Positions 9,687-22,628 of a DNA stretch of 64,000 nt are shown one piece after another; position 1 is the first letter of the stretch, and each line of letters begins with the position of its first letter. The stretch is from contig OZ024740.1 in the NCBI GenBank assembly GCA_964016885.1, positions 279,992,001 through 280,056,000 on the forward strand, read 5' to 3'. This stretch comes from Eledone cirrhosa. Lineage: Eukaryota. The position numbers and the translations under genes are program-made. A model generated the notes under the pieces. It was not told the DNA's origin. It ran no database searches and saw only the letters and a list, made by a program, of their open reading frames with translations.

Positions 9687-12059
9687 GTGAATTTCAGCAA
9701 GATATCTCCGTAAAATCAATAGTTGTGGCTGTGGAACCAAACCGTGTTAAACGTCAACAAAGTCCGCCGGCGAATGGTGTGCTTCGAAGAAAACGAATCC
9801 AAAAATGACGATTTGCCGGCGGAGTTACCTTTAAAATCGCGGGCCGGCCGCCCGTGGTCGGATCGATCTGTAATTACTGGTACATGTGCAGACACTCATT
9901 GGCTATGTGCGGCGTGAATTTCAGCAAGATATCTCCGTAAAATCAATAGTTGTGGCTGTGGAACCAAACCGTGTTAAACGTCAACAAAGTCCGCCGGCGA
10001 ATGGTGTACTTCGAAGAAAACGAATCCAAAAATGACGATTTGCCGGCGGAGTTACCTTTTCAATCGCGGGCCGGCGGCCCGTGGTCGAATCGATCTGTAA
10101 TTACTGGTACATGTGCAGACACTCATTGGCTATGTGTGGCGTGAATTTCAAGAAAAGCTGCCCATGCTAAATGCGGAAGCTGAAGTCCACCAGCGAATGC
10201 TGTGCTTCGAAGAAACGAATCACAAAAATGCGAATTTGCCGGCGGAGTTACCTTTTCGATCGTGGGCCGGCCGCCCGTGGTCGGATCGATCTGTAATTAC
10301 TGGTATATGTGCAGACACTCATTGGCTATGTGCGGCGTGAATTTCAGCAAGATATCTCCGTAAAATCAATAGTTGTGGCTGTGGAACCAAACCGTGTTAA
10401 ACGTCAACAAAGTCCGCCGGCGAATGGTGTGCTTCGAAGAAAACGAATCCAAAAATGACGATTTGCCGGCGGAGTTACCTTTAAAATCGCGGGCCGGCCG
10501 CCCGTGGTCGGATCGATCTGTAATTACTGGTACATGTGCAGACACTCATTGGCTATGTGCGGCGTGAATTCCAGCAAGATATCTCCGTAACATCAATAGT
10601 TGTGGCTGTGGAACCAAACAGTGTTAAACGTCAACAAAGTCCGCCGGCGAATGGTGTGCTTCGAAGAAAACGAATCCAAAAATGACGATTTGCCGGCGGA
10701 GTTACCTTTTCAATCGCGGGCCGGCCACCCGTGGTCGGATCGATCTGTAATTACTGGTACATGTGCAGACATTCATTGGCTATGTGCGGCGTGAATTCCA
10801 GCAAGATATCTCCGTAACATCAATAGTTGTGGCTGTGGAACCAAACCGTGTTAAACGTCAACAAAGTCCGCCGGCGAATGGTGTGCTTCGAAGAAAACGA
10901 ATCCAAAAATGACGATTTGCCGGCGGAGTTACCTTTTCAATCGCGGGCCGGCCGCCCGTGGTCGGATCGATCTGTAATTACTGGTATATGTGCAAACACA
11001 CATTTGCTGTGTGTGGTGTGATTTTCAAGAAAAGCTGCCCATGCTAAATGCGGAAGCTGAAGTCCACCAGCGAATGCTGTGCTTCGAAGAAACGAATCAC
11101 AAAAATGCGAATTTGCCGGCGGAGTTACCTTTTCGATCGTGGGCCGGCCGCCCGTGGTCGGATCGATCTGTAATTACTGGTATATGTGCAGACACTCATT
11201 GGTCGTGTGTGGTGTGATTTTCAAGAAAAGCTGCCCATGCTAAATGCGGAAGCTGCAGTCCACCATCGAATGGTGTGCTTCGAAGAAACGAATCACAAAA
11301 ATGCGAATTTGCCGGCGGAGTTACCTTTTCGATCGTGGGCCGGCCGCCTGTGGTCGGATCGATCTGTAATTACTGGTCCATGTGCAGACACACATTTGCT
11401 GTGTGTGGTGTGATTTTCAAGAAAAGCTGCCCATGCTAAATGCGGAAGCTGAAGTCCGCCGGCGAATGGTGTGCTTCGAAGAAAACGAATCCAAAAATGA
11501 CGATTTGCCGGCGGAGTTACCTTTTCAATCGCGGGCCGGCCGCCCGTGGTCGGATCGATCTGTAATTACTGGTACATGTGCAGACACTCATTGGCTATGT
11601 GTGGCGTGAATTTCAGCAAGATATCTCCGTAAATTCAATAGTTGTGGCTGTGGAACCAAACCGTGTTAAACGTCAACAAAGTCCGCCGGCGAATGGTGTG
11701 CTTCGAAGAAAACGAATCCAAAAATGACGATTTGCCGGCGGAGTTACCTTTTCAATCGCGGGCCGGCCGCCCGTGGTCGGATCGATCTGTAATTACTGGT
11801 ACATGTGCAGACACTCATTGGCTATGTGCGGCGTGAATTTCAGCAAGATATCTCCGTAAAATCAATAGTTGTGGCTGTGGAACCAAACCGTGTTAAACGT
11901 CAACAAAGTCCGCCGGCGAATGGTGTGCTTCGAAGAAAACGAATCCAAAAATGACGATTTGCCGGCGGAGTTACCTTTAAAATCGCGGGCCGGCCGCCCG
12001 TGGTCGGATCGATCTGTAATTACTGGTACATGTGCAGACACTCATTGGCTATGTGCGGC

Positions 12060-15000
12060 GTGAATTCCAGCAAGATATCTCCGTAACATCAATAGTTGTG
12101 GCTGTGGAACCAAACCGTGTTAAACGTCAACAAAGTCCGCCGGCGAATGGTGTGCTTCGAAGAAAACGAATCCAAAAATGACGATTTGCCGGCGGAGTTA
12201 CCTTTAAAATCGCGGGCCGGCCGCCCGTGGTCGGATCGATCTGTAATTACTGGTACATGTGCAGACACTCATTGGCTATGTGCGGCGTGAATTTCAGCAA
12301 GATATCTCCGTAAAATCAATAGTTGTGGCTGTGGAACCAAACCGTGTTAAACGTCAACAAAGTCCGCCGGCGAATGGTGTGCTTCGAAGAAAACGAATCC
12401 AAAAATGACGATTTGCCGGCGGAGTTACCTTTAAAATCGCGGGCCGGCCGCCCGTGGTCGGATCGATCTGTAATTACTGGTACATGTGCAGACACTCATT
12501 GGCTATGTGCGGCGTGAATTCCAGCAAGATATCTCCGTAACATCAATAGTTGTGGCTGTGGAACCAAACCGTGTTAAACGTCAACAAAGTCCGCCGGCGA
12601 ATGGTGTGCTTCGAAGAAAACGAATCCAAAAATGACGATTTGCCGGCGGAGTTACCTTTTCAATCGCGGGCCGGCCGCCCGTGGTCGGATCGATCTGTAA
12701 TTACTGGTACATGTGCAGACACTCATTGGCTATGTGTGCCGTGAATTTCAGCAAGATATCTCCGTAAAATCAATAGTTGTGGCTGTGGAACCAAACCGTG
12801 TTAAACGTCAACAAAGTCCGCCGGCGAATGGTGTGCTTCGAAGAAAACGAATCCAAAAATGACGATTTGCCGGCGGAGTTACCTTTTCAATCGCGGGCCG
12901 GCCGCCCGTGGTCGGATCGATCTGTAATTACTGGTATATGTGCAAACACACATTTGCTGTGTGTGGTGTGATTTTCAAGAAAAGCTGCCCATGCTAAATG
13001 CGGAAGCTGAAGTCCACCAGCGAATGCTGTGCTTCGAAGAAACGAATCACAAAAATGCGAATTTGCCGGCGGAGTTACCTTTTCGATCGTGGGCCGGCCG
13101 CCCGTGGTCGGATCGATCTGTAATTACTGGTATATGTGCAGACACTCATTGGTCGTGTGTGGTGTGATTTTCAAGAAAAGCTGCCCATGCTAAATGCGGA
13201 AGCTGCAGTCCACCATCGAATGGTGTGCTTCGAAGAAACGAATCACAAAAATGCGAATTTGCCGGCGGAGTTACCTTTTCGATCGTGGGCCGGCCGCCTG
13301 TGGTCGGATCGATCTGTAATTACTGGTCCATGTGCAGACACACATTTGCTGTGTGTGGTGTGATTTTCAAGAAAAGCTGCCCATGCTAAATGCGGAAGCT
13401 GAAGTCCGCCGGCGAATGGTGTGCTTCGAAGAAAACGAATCCAAAAATGACGATTTGCCGGCGGAGTTACCTTTTCAATCGCGGGCCGGCCGCCCGTGGT
13501 CGGATCGATCTGTAATTACTGGTACATGTGCAGACACTCATTGGCTATGTGTGGCGTGAATTTCAGCAAGATATCTCCGTAAATTCAATAGTTGTGGCTG
13601 TGGAACCAAACCGTGTTAAACGTCAACAAAGTCCGCCGGCGAATGGTGTGCTTCGAAGAAAACGAATCCAAAAATGACGATTTGCCGGCGGAGTTACCTT
13701 TTCAATCGCGGGCCGGCCGCCCGTGGTCGGATCGATCTGTAATTACTGGTACATGTGCAGACACTCATTGGCTATGTGCGGCGTGAATTTCAGCAAGATA
13801 TCTCCGTAAAATCAATAGTTGTGGCTGTGGAACCAAACCGTGTTAAACGTCAACAAAGTCCGCCGGCGAATGGTGTGCTTCGAAGAAAACGAATCCAAAA
13901 ATGACGATTTGCCGGCGGAGTTACCTTTAAAATCGCGGGCCGGCCGCCCGTGGTCGGATCGATCTGTAATTACTGGTACATGTGCAGACACTCATTGGCT
14001 ATGTGCGGCGTGAATTCCAGCAAGATATCTCCGTAACATCAATAGTTGTGGCTGTGGAACCAAACCGTGTTAAACGTCAACAAAGTCCGCCGGCGAATGG
14101 TGTGCTTCGAAGAAAACGAATCCAAAAATGACGATTTGCCGGCGGAGTTACCTTTAAAATCGCGGGCCGGCCGCCCGTGGTCGGATCGATCTGTAATTAC
14201 TGGTACATGTGCAGACACTCATTGGCTATGTGCGGCGTGAATTCCAGCAAGATATCTCCGTAACATCAATAGTTGTGGCTGTGGAACCAAACAGTGTTAA
14301 ACGTCAACAAAGTCCGCCGGCGAATGGTGTGCTTCGAAGAAAACGAATCCAAAAATGACGATTTGCCGGCGGAGTTACCTTTTCAATCGCGGGCCGGCCA
14401 CCCGTGGTCGGATCGATCTGTAATTACTGGTACATGTGCAGACATTCATTGGCTATGTGCGGCGTGAATTCCAGCAAGATATCTCCGTAACATCAATAGT
14501 TGTGGCTGTGGAACCAAACCGTGTTAAACGTCAACAAAGTCCGCCGGCGAATGGTGTGCTTCGAAGAAAACGAATCCAAAAATGACGATTTGCCGGCGGA
14601 GTTACCTTTTCAATCGCGGGCCGGCCGCCCGTGGTCGGATCGATCTGTAATTACTGGTATATGTGCAAACACACATTTGCTGTGTGTGGTGTGATTTTCA
14701 AGAAAAGCTGCCCATGCTAAATGCGGAAGCTGAAGTCCACCAGCGAATGCTGTGCTTCGAAGAAACGAATCACAAAAATGCGAATTTGCCGGCGGAGTTA
14801 CCTTTTCGATCGTGGGCCGGCCGCCCGTGGTCGGATCGATCTGTAATTACTGGTATATGTGCAGACACTCATTGGTCGTGTGTGGTGTGATTTTCAAGAA
14901 AAGCTGCCCATGCTAAATGCGGAAGCTGCAGTCCACCATCGAATGGTGTGCTTCGAAGAAACGAATCACAAAAATGCGAATTTGCCGGCGGAGTTACCTT

Positions 15001-18000
15001 TTCGATCGTGGGCCGGCCGCCTGTGGTCGGATCGATCTGTAATTACTGGTCCATGTGCAGACACACATTTGCTGTGTGTTTGTTGTGATTTTCAAGAAAA
15101 GCTGCCCATGCTAAATGCGGAAGCTGAAGTCCGCCGGCGAATGGTGTGCTTCGAAGAAAACGAATCCAAAAATGACGATTTGCCGGCGGAGTTACCTTTT
15201 CAATCGCGGGCCGGCCGCCCGTGGTCGGATCGATCTGTAATTACTGGTACATGTGCAGACACTCATTGGCTATGTGTGGCGTGAATTTCAGCAAGATATC
15301 TCCGTAAATTCAATAGTTGTGGCTGTGGAACCAAACCGTGTTAAACGTCAACAAAGTCCGCCGGCGAATGGTGTGCTTCGAAGAAAACGAATCCAAAAAT
15401 GACGATTTGCCGGCGGAGTTACCTTTTCAATCGCGGGCCGGCCGCCCGTGGTCGGATCGATCTGTAATTACTGGTACATGTGCAGACACTCATTGGCTAT
15501 GTGCGGCGTGAATTTCAGCAAGATATCTCCGTAAAATCAATAGTTGTGGCTGTGGAACCAAACCGTGTTAAACGTCAACAAAGTCCGCCGGCGAATGGTG
15601 TGCTTCGAAGAAAACGAATCCAAAAATGACGATTTGCCGGCGGAGTTACCTTTAAAATCGCGGGCCGGCCGCCCGTGGTCGGATCGATCTGTAATTACTG
15701 GTACATGTGTAGACACTCATTGGCTATGTGCGGCGTGAATTTCAGCAAGATATCTCCGTAAAATCAATAGTTGTGGCTGTGGAACCAAACCGTGTTAAAC
15801 GTCAACAAAGTCCGCCGGCGAATGGTGTGCTTCGAAGAAAACGAATCCAAAAATGACGATTTGCCGGCGGAGTTACCTTTAAAATCGCGGGCCGGCCGCC
15901 CGTGGTCGGATCGATCTGTAATTACTGGTACATGTGCAGACACTCATTGGCTATGTGCGGCGTGAATTCCAGCAAGATATCTCCGTAACATCAATAGTTG
16001 TGGCTGTGGAACCAAACCGTGTTAAACGTCAACAAAGTCCGCCGGCGAATGGTGTGCTTCGAAGAAAACGAATCCAAAAATGACGATTTGCCGGCGGAGT
16101 TACCTTTTCAATCGCGGGCCGGCCGCCCGTGGTCGGATCGATCTGTAATTACTGGTACATGTGCAGACACTCATTGGCTATGTGTGCCGTGAATTTCAGC
16201 AAGATATCTCCGTAAAATCAATAGTTGTGGCTGTGGAACCAAACCGTGTTAAACGTCAACAAAGTCCGCCGGCGAATGGTGTGCTTCGAAGAAAACGAAT
16301 CCAAAAATGACGATTTGCCGGCGGAGTTACCTTTTCAATCGCGGGCCGGCCGCCCGTGGTCGGATCGATCTGTAATTACTGGTATATGTGCAAACACACA
16401 TTTGCTGTGTGTGGTGTGATTTTCAAGAAAAGCTGCCCATGCTAAATGCGGAAGCTGAAGTCCACCAGCGAATGCTGTGCTTCGAAGAAACGAATCACAA
16501 AAATGCGAATTTGCCGGCGGAGTTACCTTTTCGATCGTGGGCCGGCCGCCCGTGGTCGGATCGATCTGTAATTACTGGTATATGTGCAGACACTCATTGG
16601 TCGTGTGTGGTGTGATTTTCAAGAAAAGCTGCCCATGCTAAATGCGGAAGCTGCAGTCCACCATCGAATGGTGTGCTTCGAAGAAACGAATCACAAAAAT
16701 GCGAATTTGCCGGCGGAGTTACCTTTTCGATCGTGGGCCGGCCGCCTGTGGTCGGATCGATCTGTAATTACTGGTCCATGTGCAGACACACATTTGCTGT
16801 GTGTGGTGTGATTTTCAAGAAAAGCTGCCCATGCTAAATGCGGAAGCTGAAGTCCGCCGGCGAATGGTGTGCTTCGAAGAAAACGAATCCAAAAATGACG
16901 ATTTGCCGGCGGAGTTACCTTTTCAATCGCGGGCCGGCCGCCCGTGGTCGGATCGATCTGTAATTACTGGTACATGTGCAGACACTCATTGGCTATGTGT
17001 GGCGTGAATTTCAGCAAGATATCTCCGTAAATTCAATAGTTGTGGCTGTGGAACCAAACCGTGTTAAACGTCAACAAAGTCCGCCGGCGAATGGTGTGCT
17101 TCGAAGAAAACGAATCCAAAAATGACGATTTGCCGGCGGAGTTACCTTTTCAATCGCGGGCCGGCCGCCCGTGGTCGGATCGATCTGTAATTACTGGTAC
17201 ATGTGCAGACACTCATTGGCTATGTGCGGCGTGAATTTCAGCAAGATATCTCCGTAAAATCAATAGTTGTGGCTGTGGAACCAAACCGTGTTAAACGTCA
17301 ACAAAGTCCGCCGGCGAATGGTGTGCTTCGAAGAAAACGAATCCAAAAATGACGATTTGCCGGCGGAGTTACCTTTAAAATCGCGGGCCGGCCGCCCGTG
17401 GTCGGATCGATCTGTAATTACTGGTACATGTGCAGACACTCATTGGCTATGTGCGGCGTGAATTCCAGCAAGATATCTCCGTAACATCAATAGTTGTGGC
17501 TGTGGAACCAAACCGTGTTAAACGTCAACAAAGTCCGCCGGCGAATGGTGTGCTTCGAAGAAAACGAATCCAAAAATGACGATTTGCCGGCGGAGTTACC
17601 TTTAAAATCGCGGGCCGGCCGCCCGTGGTCGGATCGATCTGTAATTACTGGTACATGTGCAGACACTCATTGGCTATGTGCGGCGTGAATTCCAGCAAGA
17701 TATCTCCGTAACATCAATAGTTGTGGCTGTGGAACCAAACAGTGTTAAACGTCAACAAAGTCCGCCGGCGAATGGTGTGCTTCGAAGAAAACGAATCCAA
17801 AAATGACGATTTGCCGGCGGAGTTACCTTTTCAATCGCGGGCCGGCCACCCGTGGTCGGATCGATCTGTAATTACTGGTACATGTGCAGACATTCATTGG
17901 CTATGTGCGGCGTGAATTCCAGCAAGATATCTCCGTAACATCAATAGTTGTGGCTGTGGAACCAAACCGTGTTAAACGTCAACAAAGTCCGCCGGCGAAT

Positions 18001-18955
18001 GGTGTGCTTCGAAGAAAACGAATCCAAAAATGACGATTTGCCGGCGGAGTTACCTTTTCAATCGCGGGCCGGCCGCCCGTGGTCGGATCGATCTGTAATT
18101 ACTGGTATATGTGCAAACACACATTTGCTGTGTGTGGTGTGATTTTCAAGAAAAGCTGCCCATGCTAAATGCGGAAGCTGAAGTCCACCAGCGAATGCTG
18201 TGCTTCGAAGAAACGAATCACAAAAATGCGAATTTGCCGGCGGAGTTACCTTTTCGATCGTGGGCCGGCCGCCCGTGGTCGGATCGATCTGTAATTACTG
18301 GTATATGTGCAGACACTCATTGGTCGTGTGTGGTGTGATTTTCAAGAAAAGCTGCCCATGCTAAATGCGGAAGCTGCAGTCCACCATCGAATGGTGTGCT
18401 TCGAAGAAACGAATCACAAAAATGCGAATTTGCCGGCGGAGTTACCTTTTCGATCGTGGGCCGGCCGCCTGTGGTCGGATCGATCTGTAATTACTGGTCC
18501 ATGTGCAGACACACATTTGCTGTGTGTTTGTTGTGATTTTCAAGAAAAGCTGCCCATGCTAAATGCGGAAGCTGAAGTCCGCCGGCGAATGGTGTGCTTC
18601 GAAGAAAACGAATCCAAAAATGACGATTTGCCGGCGGAGTTACCTTTTCAATCGCGGGCCGGCCGCCCGTGGTCGGATCGATCTGTAATTACTGGTACAT
18701 GTGCAGACACTCATTGGCTATGTGTGGCGTGAATTTCAGCAAGATATCTCCGTAAATTCAATAGTTGTGGCTGTGGAACCAAACCGTGTTAAACGTCAAC
18801 AAAGTCCGCCGGCGAATGGTGTGCTTCGAAGAAAACGAATCCAAAAATGACGATTTGCCGGCGGAGTTACCTTTTCAATCGCGGGCCGGCCGCCCGTGGT
18901 CGGATCGATCTGTAATTACTGGTACATGTGCAGACACTCATTGGCTATGTGCGGC
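12060..18955. repeat. Tandem duplication of a 16-mer (3448 bp)
   Basis: The private variant gtgtgtttgttgtg (+2 bp) occurs at ~15079 and ~18527, offset 3448 = 10x227+6x196+2. Flanking variants match (12550/15998, 14273/17721). Boundaries are approximate. Confidence 0.88.
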
Positions 18956-21900
18956 GTGAATTTCAGCAAGATATCTCCGTAAAATCAATAGTTGTGGCTG
19001 TGGAACCAAACCGTGTTAAACGTCAACAAAGTCCGCCGGCGAATGGTGTGCTTCGAAGAAAACGAATCCAAAAATGACGATTTGCCGGCGGAGTTACCTT
19101 TAAAATCGCGGGCCGGCCGCCCGTGGTCGGATCGATCTGTAATTACTGGTACATGTGCAGACACTCATTGGCTATGTGCGGCGTGAATTCCAGCAAGATA
19201 TCTCCGTAACATCAATAGTTGTGGCTGTGGAACCAAACCGTGTTAAACGTCAACAAAGTCCGCCGGCGAATGGTGTGCTTCGAAGAAAACGAATCCAAAA
19301 ATGACGATTTGCCGGCGGAGTTACCTTTTCAATCGCGGGCCGGCCGCCCGTGGTCGGATCGATCTGTAATTACTGGTACATGTGCAGACACTCATTGGCT
19401 ATGTGTGCCGTGAATTTCAGCAAGATATCTCCGTAAAATCAATAGTTGTGGCTGTGGAACCAAACCGTGTTAAACGTCAACAAAGTCCGCCGGCGAATGG
19501 TGTGCTTCGAAGAAAACGAATCCAAAAATGACGATTTGCCGGCGGAGTTACCTTTTCAATCGCGGGCCGGCCGCCCGTGGTCGGATCGATCTGTAATTAC
19601 TGGTATATGTGCAAACACACATTTGCTGTGTGTGGTGTGATTTTCAAGAAAAGCTGCCCATGCTAAATGCGGAAGCTGAAGTCCACCAGCGAATGCTGTG
19701 CTTCGAAGAAACGAATCACAAAAATGCGAATTTGCCGGCGGAGTTACCTTTTCGATCGTGGGCCGGCCGCCCGTGGTCGGATCGATCTGTAATTACTGGT
19801 ATATGTGCAGACACTCATTGGTCGTGTGTGGTGTGATTTTCAAGAAAAGCTGCCCATGCTAAATGCGGAAGCTGCAGTCCACCATCGAATGGTGTGCTTC
19901 GAAGAAACGAATCACAAAAATGCGAATTTGCCGGCGGAGTTACCTTTTCGATCGTGGGCCGGCCGCCTGTGGTCGGATCGATCTGTAATTACTGGTCCAT
20001 GTGCAGACACACATTTGCTGTGTGTGGTGTGATTTTCAAGAAAAGCTGCCCATGCTAAATGCGGAAGCTGAAGTCCGCCGGCGAATGGTGTGCTTCGAAG
20101 AAAACGAATCCAAAAATGACGATTTGCCGGCGGAGTTACCTTTTCAATCGCGGGCCGGCCGCCCGTGGTCGGATCGATCTGTAATTACTGGTACATGTGC
20201 AGACACTCATTGGCTATGTGTGGCGTGAATTTCAGCAAGATATCTCCGTAAATTCAATAGTTGTGGCTGTGGAACCAAACCGTGTTAAACGTCAACAAAG
20301 TCCGCCGGCGAATGGTGTGCTTCGAAGAAAACGAATCCAAAAATGACGATTTGCCGGCGGAGTTACCTTTAAAATCGCGGGCCGGCCGCCCGTGGTCGGA
20401 TCGATCTGTAATTACTGGTACATGTGCAGACACTCATTGGCTATGTGCGGCGTGAATTCCAGCAAGATATCTCCGTAACATCAATAGTTGTGGCTGTGGA
20501 ACCAAACCGTGTTAAACGTCAACAAAGTCCGCCGGCGAATGGTGTGCTTCGAAGAAAACGAATCCAAAAATGACGATTTGCCGGCGGAGTTACCTTTTCA
20601 ATCGCGGGCCGGCCGCCCGTGGTCGGATCGATCTGTAATTACTGGTACATGTGCAGACACTCATTGGCTATGTGTGCCGTGAATTTCAGCAAGATATCTC
20701 CGTAAAATCAATAGTTGTGGCTGTGGAACCAAACCGTGTTAAACGTCAACAAAGTCCGCCGGCGAATGGTGTGCTTCGAAGAAAACGAATCCAAAAATGA
20801 CGATTTGCCGGCGGAGTTACCTTTAAAATCGCGGGCCGGCCGCCCGTGGTCGGATCGATCTGTAATTACTGGTACATGTGCAGACACTCATTGGCTATGT
20901 GCGGCGTGAATTCCAGCAAGATATCTCCGTAACATCAATAGTTGTGGCTGTGGAACCAAACCGTGTTAAACGTCAACAAAGTCCGCCGGCGAATGGTGTG
21001 CTTCGAAGAAAACGAATCCAAAAATGACGATTTGCCGGCGGAGTTACCTTTTCAATCGCGGGCCGGCCGCCCGTGGTCGGATCGATCTGTAATTACTGGT
21101 ACATGTGCAGACACTCATTGGCTATGTGCGGCGTGAATTCCAGCAAGATATCTCCGTAACATCAATAGTTGTGGCTGTGGAACCAAACAGTGTTAAACGT
21201 CAACAAAGTCCGCCGGCGAATGGTGTGCTTCGAAGAAAACGAATCCAAAAATGACGATTTGCCGGCGGAGTTACCTTTTCAATCGCGGGCCGGCCGCCCG
21301 TGGTCGGATCGATCTGTAATTACTGGTACATGTGCAGACACTCATTGGCTATGTGCGGCGTGAATTTCAGCAAGATATCTCCGTAAAATCAATAGTTGTG
21401 GCTGTGGAACCAAACCGTGTTAAACGTCAACAAAGTCCGCCGGCGAATGGTGTGCTTCGAAGAAAACGAATCCAAAAATGACGATTTGCCGGCGGAGTTA
21501 CCTTTAAAATCGCGGGCCGGCCGCCCGTGGTCGGATCGATCTGTAATTACTGGTACATGTGCAGACACTCATTGGCTATGTGCGGCGTGAATTCCAGCAA
21601 GATATCTCCGTAACATCAATAGTTGTGGCTGTGGAACCAAACCGTGTTAAACGTCAACAAAGTCCGCCGGCGAATGGTGTGCTTCGAAGAAAACGAATCC
21701 AAAAATGACGATTTGCCGGCGGAGTTACCTTTTCAATCGCGGGCCGGCCGCCCGTGGTCGGATCGATCTGTAATTACTGGTACATGTGCAGACACTCATT
21801 GGCTATGTGTGCCGTGAATTTCAGCAAGATATCTCCGTAAAATCAATAGTTGTGGCTGTGGAACCAAACCGTGTTAAACGTCAACAAAGTCCGCCGGCGA

Positions 21901-22628
21901 ATGGTGTGCTTCGAAGAAAACGAATCCAAAAATGACGATTTGCCGGCGGAGTTACCTTTTCAATCGCGGGCCGGCCGCCCGTGGTCGGATCGATCTGTAA
22001 TTACTGGTATATGTGCAAACACACATTTGCTGTGTGTGGTGTGATTTTCAAGAAAAGCTGCCCATGCTAAATGCGGAAGCTGAAGTCCACCAGCGAATGC
22101 TGTGCTTCGAAGAAACGAATCACAAAAATGCGAATTTGCCGGCGGAGTTACCTTTTCGATCGTGGGCCGGCCGCCCGTGGTCGGATCGATCTGTAATTAC
22201 TGGTATATGTGCAGACACTCATTGGTCGTGTGTGGTGTGATTTTCAAGAAAAGCTGCCCATGCTAAATGCGGAAGCTGCAGTCCACCATCGAATGGTGTG
22301 CTTCGAAGAAACGAATCACAAAAATGCGAATTTGCCGGCGGAGTTACCTTTTCGATCGTGGGCCGGCCGCCTGTGGTCGGATCGATCTGTAATTACTGGT
22401 CCATGTGCAGACACACATTTGCTGTGTGTGGTGTGATTTTCAAGAAAAGCTGCCCATGCTAAATGCGGAAGCTGAAGTCCGCCGGCGAATGGTGTGCTTC
22501 GAAGAAAACGAATCCAAAAATGACGATTTGCCGGCGGAGTTACCTTTTCAATCGCGGGCCGGCCGCCCGTGGTCGGATCGATCTGTAATTACTGGTACAT
22601 GTGCAGACACTCATTGGCTATGTGTGGC

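Noticed and set aside
14859-18732. Two 141-aa ORFs
   Set aside because: They are created by a +2 bp mutation that fuses the frames of two adjacent monomers.
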